Shown one piece after another: positions 1 to 12,998 of a stretch of 64,000 bases of DNA. The stretch is from positions 26,288,001-26,352,000 of the forward strand of contig OZ024759.1 in assembly GCA_964016885.1 (NCBI GenBank), read 5' to 3'. The notes under the pieces were generated by a model that had not been told where the DNA came from, ran no database searches, and worked only from the letters and a program-made list of their open reading frames with translations. Position numbers and translations under genes: made by a program. The stretch comes from Eledone cirrhosa. Lineage: Eukaryota. The stretch's first letter is position 1; each line of letters starts with the position of its first letter.

Positions 1-477
1 CCTACTATTACTGTTGTTGTTGTTATTGTTGCTGCTGATGGTCATAATATCATTGCTGCTATTGTTATTGTCGTTATTGTTGCTGTCAATATGATAACCA
101 GTTTAGTTCTATTAATTGTATATATTACATGCGGTAACACCAGACAATTGCCTACACGACCACGGCTTTATTAACAGGTCAAATTAGGCTTTCTATACAT
201 AATAATCTAAATTATCTCCCCTTCTCACACTCTCCACCTTCTCAGAAATATTTCCAGCACAGAGACAGACAGACATTCTCTCTCCATTTCTATACCATTC
301 AGGTCCCCACCTCTCTCTTTTCTGCATCATCTTTACACAGTTGCTATATATATTTGTGTGTGTATATGTATGTGTACGTCAACATATAAACTCGTATAGA
401 TATATGCATACGTACATGGATTTTATGTCTGTACGTATGTATATGGTATATGCCTATATATATATATATATATGAAA

Positions 478-548
478 AAATCCACTCGACTATCCCAAGT
501 ATCGAGTACTCCGGTGAGTAACGGTCTAACTGGTTTTTATTGCATCCA
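478..548 (+). mobile_element. Short PLE-type 3' terminal fragment (family B), ending in (TA)n
   Basis: atccactcgactatcccaagtatcgagtactccggtgagtaacggtctaactggtt aligns by eye to the reverse complement of 46261-46352, which flanks the PLE ORF, and to ~60725-60760 (-). Confidence 0.6.
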
Positions 549-577
549 TTCTGATTTATATATATATGTATATAGTA

Positions 578-609
<32 letters not shown>

Positions 610-830
610 CATATACACACACGACAAACAAAAACACATATGTATGTATATATGTATATATGTGTGTGTGTGTGTGGAATTGCCATTTAAAGACACCATT
701 GTATAATCACATCTATCGACCTACCTACCTATCTATCTATCTATCTATCTTTATTACTCTTTTATTTTTCTCTTTTCACTTCCTTACACCCATATTTACT
801 CTTTCTTAATCTATTATCCCCTCTACCCCT

Positions 831-861
<31 letters not shown>

Positions 862-1064
862 CCAATCACCCATCTCTAATTCATTGTCTGTTATAAGCGT
901 CTCTCTATCTCCCTCTTCCTCTTTATTCCTCGGACTATCCCTCTTACTGATGACCATATCATATCTCTCATTCTTTTACCTTCTTTATCTTCCTCTGTTT
1001 CTTTTCATGGCAATCCTAATCTCTCTCCCCTTCTCTCTCTTCGAACTGTCCCTCTCTCTCTCCC

Positions 1065-1117
<53 letters not shown>

Positions 1118-1269
1118 AACATGTCCCACCCTCCATCTCCTCTTTCTCTCTCAATCTTTCTCTCCTTTCATCATTTCACATCTCTCTTCCGTTTCCTATC
1201 GTCATCTGAATTCTCTCTCCTTCTCTATCTCTCCCTCTCTAATTCTCCCTCTCTATCTCTCTCCCGATC

Positions 1270-3975
1270 TCAACCACAGCCACCACAAGCAGCACCACCA
1301 CATCACCACCACCAACAACAACACCACCACAAAAACCAACAACAACAACACCACCACCACTACCACCAGCATCAATTCCACCACAACCACAAACATCGCC
1401 ACCACCGTCAACATCAACCTCACCGCAAACACCACCATCATCAGGACCACCACCACCGTCAACATCAATTCCACCACAACCACAACCACCACCATCAATT
1501 CCACCATAATCACTAACATCGCCACCACCGCCAACAACAACCCCACCACCACTACCACTTCCACCATGGCCGCTACCATCTCCATCCTCACCACTCTAAT
1601 ATCAAGGATGGTCATGAAGGCAATGCCTGCTGGGTAGGTAGGTCTCCCCTGTCCATCGTAATCCCCACCCCAAAGTCCATCACATCAACAACACCACTCC
1701 TAGCGTCGTCAACTGAGACACATACAGTCATACACACAGCCACACACAACTACACACAGGTACACACAACTACACACAGGTACACACAACCACAGTTACA
1801 CACAACTACACACAGGTACACACAACCACAGTTACACACAACCACAGTTACACACCATCACACACAGTTACACACACAGCCACACGCAGTTAGACACATC
1901 CACACACGCACACACAGCCACAGACAGAACCACAGCCACACCCATCCATACACACAGCCACAAACATCCACACAGCCACAAACATCCACACAGCCACAAA
2001 CATCCACACAGCTACACACATACACACGCATCCATACACACACACGCACACACATCCACACACGGACAGATCCACACTCACACAGCTACAACCACAACCA
2101 CACACAGCCACACACAGCCTACAGCCACAACCATATCCACACAACCACACACAACCACACAGCCACATGCGTCCACACAGCCACACAGCTACAACCACAT
2201 CCACACAACCACGCACAACCACGCACAACCACGCACAACCACGCACAACCATACACAGCCACACACAGCCACACAGCCACACAGCTACAACCACTATAAT
2301 CAGCTTAATACAGCAGTATGACCCTCAACTCAGATAAGGCCACACAACAAAATGAAGCGACTAATGTCATTAAATTGCCTTGTAAGTGAATTTGATAAGA
2401 TTACTTATAATTGAAAAATTCCACCACCACCGCCACCACCATCACTCCCCGAGCACCACCGCCGCCGTCACCATCAGTCCCCGTCCTCTACCACCGCCAC
2501 CAGTCCCCGTCCTCCATCGCCATTAGTCTACGTCCTCCTCCGCCACCACCACCACCACCTCCATCAGTCTCCGTTCTCCGTCTTCCACCACCACACCGCC
2601 TCCAGTCCCCGTCCTCCATCGCCATTAGTCTCCGTCCTCCACCACCTCCGCCGCCGCCGCCACCATCAGTCTCCGTTCTCCGTCTTCCACCACCATCACC
2701 ACCGCCATCAGTCCTCATCTTCCACCGCCACCACCATCAGTTCCCGTCCTCCACCGCCATGAGCACCAGTCCCCGTCCTCCACCGCCATCACACCCCTTC
2801 CACAACCACCATCCCCACCACTATCCTTCCACCACCTCTATGTCTTCCATTTTCCCGGTTTCCATCAATACTTCTTCCTCCTTATGTCCGCCATATTTTC
2901 TTTACCTTAGTCGCCATCATTGCCAGCGAAATTACCAGCGGCCATTTTGTTCATCTTCAGTAACAGCAACAACAGAAACAGCAACAGCAGTGACATCATC
3001 ATCATGATCAGCAGCAACAGCAGTAACAACAGCAGTGGTATGAGCAGTGCCAGCAGCAGTGGTATCATCATCATCATCATCATCATTAACATCATTCTCA
3101 GCAGCAGCATTGTCAGCAGCAGCAGTGCCAGCAGCAGTGGTATCATCATCATCATCATGAACATCATTATCAGCAGCAGTGTCAGCAGCAGTGGTATCAT
3201 CATCATCATGAACATCATTATCAGCAGCAGCAGCAGCAGAGTGGTACCATCATCATCATCATCATAAACATCATTATCATCATCCTCCTAAGCAGCAGTA
3301 GCGACGTCAATAGCAGTGGCATCATCATCATCAGCAACAGCAGAAACAAAAACAGCAGCAGCAGCAACGGCAGCTGCATCAGAATCAGCAGCATGTCCAC
3401 CAGCATCAGCTTCAACAGCAGTGGCATCAGCATCATCAACATCATCAACAACTGCAGCACCAGCAACGTCAACAGCAGTAACATCAGCAGCAGCATCAAC
3501 TGCAGCAGCAACACCAGCAGCAGCAGTAGCGACGCCAACAGCAGCAACAACAAAAACAGCAGCTGCATCAGCAGTAGGAGCAGCGAGGTCAACCGCAATG
3601 GCATCATCATCATCATCACCATCATCATTCCCATCACCATCATCATCATCACCACTACTGCCACCACGACAACCACCACTACTGCCACCACCACCACCAC
3701 TACTGCCACCACCACCACTACTGCCACCACGACCACCACCACTACTACCACCACCACCACTACTACCACCACCACCACTACTACCACCACCACCACCACT
3801 ACCACCACCACCACCACCACTACTGCCACCACCACCACCACTGCCACCACCACCACCACCATTACAACTACCATTACCACCACCACTACTGCCACCACCA
3901 CCACCATTACAACTACCATTACCACCACCATTACAACTACCATCACCATCACCAACACCACTACCATTAAAACTA
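1270..3975. repeat. Low-complexity block of CAC/CAA/CAG/CAT triplets and CACACAG-type repeats
   Basis: Direct reading; gives only poly-H/T/P/S ORFs. Confidence 0.9.
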
Positions 3976-3984
3976 CCTCGTCAA

Positions 3985-4820
3985 AAAATTGTGGGAAATT
4001 ATTAGTTTGGTAGGGACCTAGATAAAATAGTGGTGAAATTGCTAGTGTTGCTAGGGACTTGGATAAAATTGTGGTAAATTGTTAGTTTGGTAAGGACCTG
4101 GATAACATTGTGATGAACTGTTAGTTTGGGAGGGACCTAGATAAAATTGTGATGAACTGTTAGATTGGGAGGGACCTAGATACAATTGTGGTGAACTGTT
4201 AGTTTAGTAGGTACCTAGATAAAATTGTGACGAACTGTTAGTTTGGTAGGGAGCTAGATAAAATTGTGATGAACTGTTAGTTTGGTAGGAACCTAGATAA
4301 AATTGTGACGAACTGTTAGTTTGGTAGGGAGCTAGATAAAATTGTGATGAACTGTTAGTGTGGTAGGGACCTGGATAAAATTGTGGTGGCATTGTAGTGT
4401 TGGTAAAGACCTAGATGAAATGGTGATGACATCTTAATGTTGGTAGAGACTAAGATGAAATGATGGTGACCCCTTAATGTTGGTAGAGACTAAGATGAAA
4501 TGATGGTGACCCCTTAATATTGGTAGAGACTAAGATGAAATGACGTTGACAGTTTAGTGCTGGTAGTGACCTAGATGAAATGATGGTGATAGTTTAGTGT
4601 TGGTATGGACCTAGATGAAATGATGGTGACATCTTAATGTTGGTAAGGAACTTGATAAATGGGGATGATATTTTAGTGTTGATAGGGACCTAGATGAAAT
4701 GATGTTGACAGTTTCGTGTTGGTAGAGGCCTAGATGAAATGATGTTGACAGTTTAGGGTTGGTAGAATCCCAGAGGAAATTGTGGTGAAATGTTTTTACT
4801 GAAAGAGACCCAAGTAAATT
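3985..4820. repeat. 39-bp minisatellite, about 21 copies, two sequence subtypes
   Basis: Unit tagtttggtagggagctagataaaattgtgatgaactgt; the 13-aa periodicity of ORF 4204-4392 confirms 39 bp; the unit changes to ...gactaagatgaaatgatggtgac... after ~4400. Confidence 0.9.
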
Positions 4821-4879
4821 ACTGTGTAGATATTCAATTCTGCCTCTTTATGTGTTGATTCGGAATCACAGTGATGGTA

Positions 4880-5020
4880 ATTTTGATATTCCATTTTCTT
4901 GTGTAGATAAAAAAAATGTACCAGTCAAATACTGAGAAACATGCAAGTGTCGGTCTATATCCCTTACCCCCCCCCCCCCCAAAAAAAAAAATCTGGCCTT
5001 GTGCTTATATTAAAAATAGT
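4880..5020 (+). mobile_element. Degenerate 3' part of SINE family 1
   Basis: gataaa...gtaccagt...ctggccttgtgc matches the 3' half of the full copy at 54623-54810. Confidence 0.55.
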
Positions 5021-5170
5021 AGTACAATACCAGTTGGTGTATAGAATGAGCTATATACTGGTTTTCGCTAAAGCTTTAAAAAAACCTTGTTTGTAGAATA
5101 TATATATATATATATATTATTATTATTATTATCAGTAATACATGGAAAATATCACTATATCATCATATAT

Positions 5171-5230
5171 ATTTTTATTATACGGATTTCAAGGATACCA
5201 AATTATGGTATGCTTTCATCAGATAAAAAT
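5171..5230 (-). ncRNA. Type I hammerhead ribozyme motif, intact core
   Basis: Minus strand reads atttttat-CTGATGA-aagcatacca-taatt-tggtatcctt-GAAA-tccgta-TA-ataaaaat: 8-bp helix I, 9 of 10 bp helix II, 2-bp helix III, UA cleavage site. Confidence 0.8.
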
Positions 5231-5292
5231 ATATATATATATATATAAAATAGTGACATACACGAAACAAAACTTTGGCTTACATATATACA

Positions 5293-5378
5293 TATGAGGG
5301 TCGGCTGTGAAGTTCATAAGCTGACCAAGATACGCTCATGGAATGATGAAAAGAGGTTTATTTTTCAACATAGTCCCT
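5293..5378 (+). mobile_element. Possible mariner-type terminal fragment
   Basis: tatgagggt...aagtt...tttatttttcaacatagtccc resembles mariner ends; no partner TIR seen. Confidence 0.35.
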
Positions 5379-6119
5379 AGAAAGAAACAATGTAGTTTTT
5401 AATAAAAAAAAGTTGAAATTAATGCTGATGCTAATGAACTTATTATTAATGATGGCGTTGTTGGTAGTGGTATTGGTTGTGTTGGTGGTGGTAGTGGTAT
5501 TGGTAGTGTTAGTGGTGGTAGTGGCGTTTCTGTGGCTGTTTATACCATGTTAGAACAGCCCAAAGGTAAAATATGTTTGCACCATATCACCATATTATCA
5601 GATCACCATATCACTTGTTCTAGAAGAAAAAAAAATGTGTTTCTTTAGCGAGGCGTGAGGTCTGTAATTTATAAACGAAGAAGGAAATGAAAGAAGTGAG
5701 AATGTTGGAATGTTCATGCCTCTCCCAATAACAATTAGCGTTCTGTCTGATGTGAAGCCAACTCGGTTCACTTAGCGCAACACACTGGCGCCCGCCATCT
5801 TAATAAAAATAATTTCGCTCTATTCAGCACGAACACCTATTTATGTTTTTTCTTAATGATGGCGAATGTTATGCATTATAGATCTATGTTACTGTTGTCT
5901 ATGTTGTTGATGTTGTTGCTATTATTGGAACTGTTGTTATTGTTGCTACCGTTAATGTTGATGGTGGTGTTGCTGTTATTGGCAGTGTTGCTATTGTTGT
6001 TGTTGCAGTTATTGCTGCTATTGTTGTTTCTGTTGCTGCAGTAATTGTTGTTGTAGCTATTATAACTTGGCCTGATGGTATTGTTGTTGGTTACTTCTAA
6101 GTCTACGCCGGTTGTACAG

Positions 6120-6260
6120 AATTATGCTCAAAGACGTTCCAGAAATGGCCATCCCATCTTTTTCTTCATCTATAAAAACTACGTCTATTTTATCCATCGA
6201 GTCTTAAGTTAAGGTGTGGTTTGAGGTAACTCGGCTGCTATGTCTAGCATCTGTTGGTTT
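6120..6260 (+). repeat. Unclassified dispersed repeat (also ~21570-21700 and ~49440-49520)
   Basis: Shared motif ggctg(c/t)ta..t(c/t)tagca in three locations. Confidence 0.4.
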
Positions 6261-7559
6261 GAACGTGAGTCAATACATATTAGTGCCCATTAACACCACA
6301 AAACGCTACACCACACAGCCCACATCACGCCACCACACCACACAGCCCACACCACGCCATCACATCACTCTACTACAACACGACATACTACATCAACAGA
6401 CCAAACCATGCCACTACAACTACACTACCACAACACCACGTCTTCACACTACCACAACACAACACTCCACACTACCAGCACACACTACCACACCACACAC
6501 TACCACATCACACCACACACTATCACACCACACCACACACTATCACACCACACCACACACTACCACAACACAACACACTCCACACCACACTCCACCACAA
6601 TTACCACACTACTACACTACACCAATATCAGCACCAGACAACACCACGTCTCCACACCAACTCCCACACCACAACACTCCACACCACACCATATACCACC
6701 ACCACCACCACTGCTTTACCATTAACAACAGCACACTTGATTCAAAATAAATTCGGTGCTTATTAGCTAATTAGCCTCCCACATAGAAACACCATTTATT
6801 ATTACTGTTCACATTTGCAATGGCGCATCCCATTCTTCAGAACAGAATACTTTACTCTGATCTTTCTGTCTTTAGTAAATGTTTTTACTTATTTCATCAT
6901 GTTTGTCTTGGCTTTACGTCTCACTGCATCTTCAACATTCACGTCATCTTTCTGTTCTGACATACTGTTACATGTTTCATATCATTGTCATTAGTTAATA
7001 TTAGAGTGAGGTGGGGTTGGGGTTTGGATTGGAGGGTGGGGGATGCCGGGTGGAGGGGTAGTGGAGGGCGGTGCCGTTCAGTTGTGGAGTGGGGGTGTAA
7101 GATAGGGCCATGTGATGTGGTTGGATTGGAGGTGAGGTAGGGTGTGAAGTGGTGGGGTTTGTTTGTTTGGGCGGTTGGATTCCGTTGTAACGATTGGCGG
7201 TACTGGGGTTAGTATTTAGATGTTGGTATTGTTATGGTGGTGGTGATGTCGTTGTTATGGTGATTGTGGTGGTATGATGTCGTTGTTATGGTGGTGATAG
7301 TAGTTGTGGTGGTGATGATAGTAGTATGATTTTGTTGTGGTGCTGGTGATTGTGGTGATATGATGTCGTTGTTATGGTGTTGGTGTAGTGGTGATAGATG
7401 GTGTTAGACTGATGTTGATGGTAGTTGGAAGTGTTGATGTTGGTGGTGTAGTAATATTTTGATGGTGGTATTCTGGTGGTATTGGAGTTGCTACTGTTGT
7501 TGACGGTAGTGGTATTGGCGATGTAGTAGTATTTTGATGGTGATGGTGGTATGGTCTTA

Positions 7560-8350
7560 TTTTGATGGTGGTGTTGGCAGTGTGGTAGTATTTTGATGGT
7601 GGTGGTGTTGGCAATGTGGTAGAATTTTGATGGTGTTGGTAGTGTGGTAGAATTTTGATGGTGGTGGTGTTGGTGTTGGCAGTGTGGTAGAATTTTGATG
7701 GTGTTGGTGTTGGCAGTGTGGTAGTATTTTGATGGTGTTGGTGTTGGTAGTGTGGTAGTATTTTGATGATGGTGTTGGTGTCGCCAGTGTGGTAGAATTT
7801 TGATGGTGGTGGTGTTGGTGTTGGCAGTGTGGTAGTATTTTGATGGTGGTGTTGTTGGTGTTGGCAGTGTGGTAGAATGTTGATGGTGGTGGTGTTGGTG
7901 TTGGCAGGGTGGTGGTGTTGGTGTTGGCAGTGTGGTAGAATTTTGATGATGGTGGTGTTGGTGTTGGCAGTGTGGTAGTATTTTGATGGTGTTGGTGTTG
8001 GTAGTGTGGTAGTATTTTGATGGTGGTGTTGTTGGTGTTGGCAGTGTGGTAGAATTTTGATGGCGGTGGTGTTGGTGTTGGCAGTGTGGTAGTATTTTGA
8101 TGGTGGTGTTGTTGGTGTTGGCAGTGTGGTAGAATGTTGATGGTGGTGGTGTTGGCAGTGTGGTAGAATTATGATGGTGGTGGTGGTGTTGGCAGTGTGG
8201 TAGAATTTTGATGGCGGTGGTGTTGGTAGTGTGGTAGTATTTTGATGGTGGTGGTGTTGGTAGTGTGGTAGTATTTTGATGATGGTGTTGGTGTCGCCAG
8301 TGTGGTAGAATTTTGGTGGTGTTGGTGGTGGTAGTGTTGGCAGTGGTAGT
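7560..8350. repeat. Variable ~30-40 bp GT-rich minisatellite
   Basis: Repeated core gttggcagtgtggtag(a/t)attttgatggt with a variable number of ggt/gtt triplets. Confidence 0.85.
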
Positions 8351-9143
8351 ATTTTGATAGTGGCGGTGGTGTTGGTGATGTAGTAATGTCTTGACAGTGT
8401 TGTTGTTGGCGTTGGTGACGTAGTAGTAACTTGGTGGTGGTGGTGTTATTGGTAGCGTTCATGGTATTGGTGATGGTGGTGTTGATACATTCCTACAGAA
8501 ATGAATGCTCCTGTTGAAACGAGTACTTTACACCAATATCACCCCCTTCGTCTTCACCATCACCCTCCTCCTACACATCAAGGGGATAGTTTCATCTATG
8601 TGCTTAGGCAAATATTTAAAGAACATCCAAGAAGGAGAAGGTGGTGGTGGCGACGGTGGTGGAGGAGGCGTCGATAAAAAGGAAGGAAGGAAGGAAGAAA
8701 GGAAGAAATAATAAAGAAACAAACTTTATTAAATCAATTACGATGTCTTTGAGAGATACAAAGACATTCTTCTGATTTTAGTGACGGTATGTTGTTGTTG
8801 TTGTTCTTCTTGTTTCTATCATCATCATCATCGATAATATTATTATTATTTTAAATGTTGTATTAACATTCAGGGTGGTGGATGGTCGAAAACGGTAAAG
8901 AGACGTACAAAATGACTAAATATCATGCGATATTTAGTTACGGTTGTGTGTTGTGTATAAGCGTGTGTGTGTGATATAGATGTTTTATGTATATATATGT
9001 ATTTCTCATATATATATATATTATATATATGTGTGTGTATATATATGTGTGTGTGTGTATATGTAAATGTGTGTGTGTATATATATATATGTATGTGTAT
9101 GTGTCTATATATGTGTGTCTTTATATATATGTTTGTATGTATG

Positions 9144-9178
<35 letters not shown>

Positions 9179-9508
9179 TTGTAGTAAGAAGTCCGATAGC
9201 AGCCGAAATATATCATAAAGTTTTATCTGTATAAATAGAGTGAGTAACCAAGACTGCACAAACGTGTATAAAGATATAAATATATCTAATAAGTAGGGCT
9301 GTAAACATAATAGAAAATACGAATTTATCTGTAAATTGAAAAAAAGATTGGACATGAAGGGTGAGACATTAGTCAGGCTTCACCGGAAGTTGGACACGAA
9401 AAGTGAGAGATTAATTAGGTGTACACCGGTAGTTGGATATAGCCATACACATAAAACAAATATGCTACACTATCGAACACAATCTTCGTTGTACCAGAAC
9501 AACACATA

Positions 9509-10134
9509 CGAGGGGGCTTCAAAATGTTCGTGGAAAAAGTACATAACTAAAGATCATATGCAGGGATTTTGATCTCAATGCTGCTGTACGTTCTCGTACA
9601 AACGTTTCATAACATGTTCTAACATTAACCCTTAAATATATGTTGCAACCTGGCGTCGCCAGTCAGAAATCAGCACTCTGGAGCAAGTTTATGGGAGACA
9701 ATGCCCCAAAGAAATCAACAACCTACAAATGGATGTCGTTTTAGAAGTGGAAGAGATGAGGTTGAAGATGATCCCAAATTGAAGATCTAAACAAATCTAC
9801 TTTGACGTGGTTTAAATCACATGGCTCTCAGTTTTACACATATGGACTTAAAGGTTGGTATCAACGCTTGCAAACGTATATTTACCTAGATCAGTGGTTC
9901 CCAAACTGGGGGCTGCGGTTTCCTAGGGGACCGCGAAGGCTTAGCTAAATTTTCATTGTATACAATTGTTTCTATAAAAACGCATATCCAGTTAGCAAAA
10001 CCTCTTTAGAAAGCATTGAACATGATAGCAGTTTTGGGCATTTTGATACTACTTAAATTAAATCGTAGTAGAATCATCATGTTCCAAATGTCCTATTTCC
10101 ACGAACTTTTTGAAGCCCCCCCCCCCCCCCCTCG
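9509..10134 (+). mobile_element. Internally deleted mariner (Tc1/mariner) DNA transposon
   Basis: TIRs cgagggggcttcaaaatgttcgtggaaa and tttccacgaactttttgaagccc...ctcg, flanked by TA at 9507-08 and 10135-36. Frameshifted transposase remnants LEQVY/GDNAPKKSTTYKWM/FRSGRDEVEDDP (~9678-9775) and GLKGWYQRLQTYIYLD (~9844-9891). Confidence 0.85.
9892..9940. mobile_element. hAT-type MITE end nested in the mariner
   Basis: cagtggttcccaaac matches the TIR of the hAT MITE at 15119-15304. Confidence 0.55.
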
Positions 10135-11173
10135 TAAATATGACAACTACTACTACTACTACCATCAGAACCACTACTACTTCAACCACCACCACTACTA
10201 CTACTAGCATGACTGTAATTGTGAAGTATTCAAAACATACAGATCTTGTGAATCATTAAGCATTGGTGATATATCACACACACACACACAGTCTTAAAAA
10301 CATAAATTCACACACACACGCACACGCACACGCACACACACACAGTCTTAAAAACATAAATTCACACACACACACACAGTCTTAAAAATATAAATTCACA
10401 TACACACGCGTTTACTCACACGTGTGCTTATAAATACACTAATGTGCATGTCAACTTATACAGTTCCACATGAATGAACCAACACACGCCTCACTCCACC
10501 TCCATCGACTGCACGCACGTCCACACGCCCGAACATACACACACATATCTAAATACATACTATATACAACCAACCACACGTACAAACACAGCACATACAT
10601 ACACAAACGACCACTGACGTACTCATATATAAACACATTCCCACACAAACACTTATAGAGTCACAAACACACACAAACAAGTACAAACAACTCTTACACA
10701 CACATACACACAACCACACACATATGTACAACCCCAACACACATATATACACACGACCACTGACGTACACACATATCCACACAAACACACAAACACACAC
10801 ACACACAAACATTTACAGTCATAAACACATCCAACTATAACTACATTTATATACACACACACAGAGAGAACCACAACGACACAAACACACAATAACACTC
10901 CCAATCACACACTTACACCCCCCCCCCCCCACACACACAAACACACCCAACTATACACGCACACACAGCCACACACCCAGCCAAACCCAGTATTTAGGAA
11001 TAATTTGGATAATTTGAAATAATCCGAGAAAGAAGAGATTTGAGGATTTTGTTAAATCTACTAATCTGGTTGGAACTGGTTAGTTTAGTCACACATTGTA
11101 TAGTTGTCTGTTTGCCTGGCTGGCTGCCTGCCTGCCTGTCTGTCAGGATGACTGTATCTATCTATCTATCTCT

Positions 11174-11215
<42 letters not shown>

Positions 11216-11271
11216 CCCCCTTAAATACCCCTCACTCCTCCTCAGAGTTCCTGTTCTCCCCCCTATCCGAA

Positions 11272-11309
11272 CTTTTCTGGTGAAGGACTTCTGTCTGAAA
11301 CGTTGAAAG
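11272..11309 (+). ncRNA. Minimal hammerhead motif, family A, core variant CUGGUGA
   Basis: ctttt-CTGGTGA-a-ggac-ttct-gtct-GAAACGT-T-gaaag; helix I ctttt/gaaag; module runs ~11211-11388 into (TA)n. Confidence 0.6.
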
Positions 11310-11513
11310 CCCCCTCCACTCCCACCAAGCATGACCTAATATAACTGCGTACAATTGCCTCCTGTGTTTTGTTCGTTCATTTTCAACTATATATATATAT
11401 ATATATATAAATATATATATGATGTAAAACGTAAACAGAAATTGCAACATCGCAAACATTACAGTACAATGAAGAAATATATTAGTTTAACGCTTGATAT
11501 AGTAGGAAAAGAT

Positions 11514-11549
11514 TCTTCACGTTTCGGACACTAGTCCTTCATCTGAAGA
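11514..11549 (-). ncRNA. Decayed minimal hammerhead motif, family A
   Basis: Minus strand tctt-CAGATGA-a-ggac-tagt-gtcc-GAAACGT-G-aaga; the downstream tail (11421-11513) is closely similar to 46116-46205. Confidence 0.65.
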
Positions 11550-11912
11550 GAAATAAAAAAAATGAAATAGAATAATAAAGAGTAAGAAGAGATAAAAACA
11601 GAACCAATAGAGAAAACTACACGTGTGTATTCAATCAGTCATTTTGGAGATAGATAGATAGCCCGAAAAGGTAGGTAGATATGTATGAACATCTTTTTCA
11701 CACACACACACACACACACATACATACATACATACATACATACATAAAGGATAACAAGATATCGTTATAGGTAATCCAATTAGAGGTTGTGAATACCTCT
11801 TATTATGGATAGTTTTAGCGTACGGCGTTGTATGACTCAACAAGAGGTTTACGTAGATGACGAGTTTATGGTTTCAATAGTATTCCTATGTAAGTTTATC
11901 TTGGAGTAATAC

Positions 11913-12139
11913 AATTGAAAAAGTGGAGAATAACACGGTCAACAGTACAAAAAAGGAGATTTATTTATAGTCTAACAATTGTTTCACTGATAGAGACAAC
12001 ATGTATTTTAAATTGAGTGCCACTACTTTCAGTATTTAGCAATTTTTAGACAACTCTATCAGTGAAACAATTGTTAGACTGTAAATAAATCTCCTTTTTT
12101 TTTGTACTGTTGACCATGTTATTCTCCACTTTTTCAATT
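11913..12139. repeat. Inverted repeat, ~83-86 bp arms, 58-bp spacer (family C PLE-like ends)
   Basis: 11913-11995 is the near-perfect reverse complement of 12054-12139; each arm contains GAAACAATTGTTA followed by AATAAA. Confidence 0.9.
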
Positions 12140-12720
12140 ATATATATATATATATATATATATATCCATATATATATCCATATACCATATCCTACCTGTA
12201 ATAGAATACATTAAATTAATTTTCCAACTTGATTATATGAGGGGATGTATGGATTCAGGTATTTGCAATATAAAATAATGGGTAGGTAGTTTAGTTGAGG
12301 ATACAACAGGAAGCCTCATCGAGCCACCCGACGGAGGTCCAACTCTGTAAATAAGATCATACACTTTAACACGCATACATGAATACACACCGTTACATAA
12401 AGAACCACACAGTGGAACAAAGATGCCCATACATAGACAATATACATACATACATACATATATGTAATGTGTGTATGTGTATACAAGTATAGTTTGTTGG
12501 TGTTCAAGTATATATGTATATGCGTAATGTATATATGTATATGTGTGTGTGTATGTATATATATATATATTTATATATATACATACATACACACGCATGC
12601 CAGAAATCCCTCCGTCCGTTCGTCCTTCCATTACTGGCTAAAATGTCCACTGTTTACTACATATATATACATATATATATACACACACATATATATATAC
12701 ACAGACACACATACAGAGAC

Positions 12721-12763
<43 letters not shown>

Positions 12764-12784
12764 TATACACACACACACACAGAC

Positions 12785-12837
<53 letters not shown>

Positions 12838-12876
12838 TATATATATATACACATATATATATACACACACACACAG

Positions 12877-12998
<122 letters not shown>

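Noticed and set aside
2411-4013. Pro/Ser/Thr/His-rich ORFs resembling extensins or mucins
   Set aside because: Triplet-repeat DNA open in several frames on both strands; no complex domain or splice support.
3985-4820. CRISPR-like regular repeats (also 39725-39922)
   Set aside because: Units are contiguous with no unique spacers, there are no cas genes, and the context is eukaryotic.
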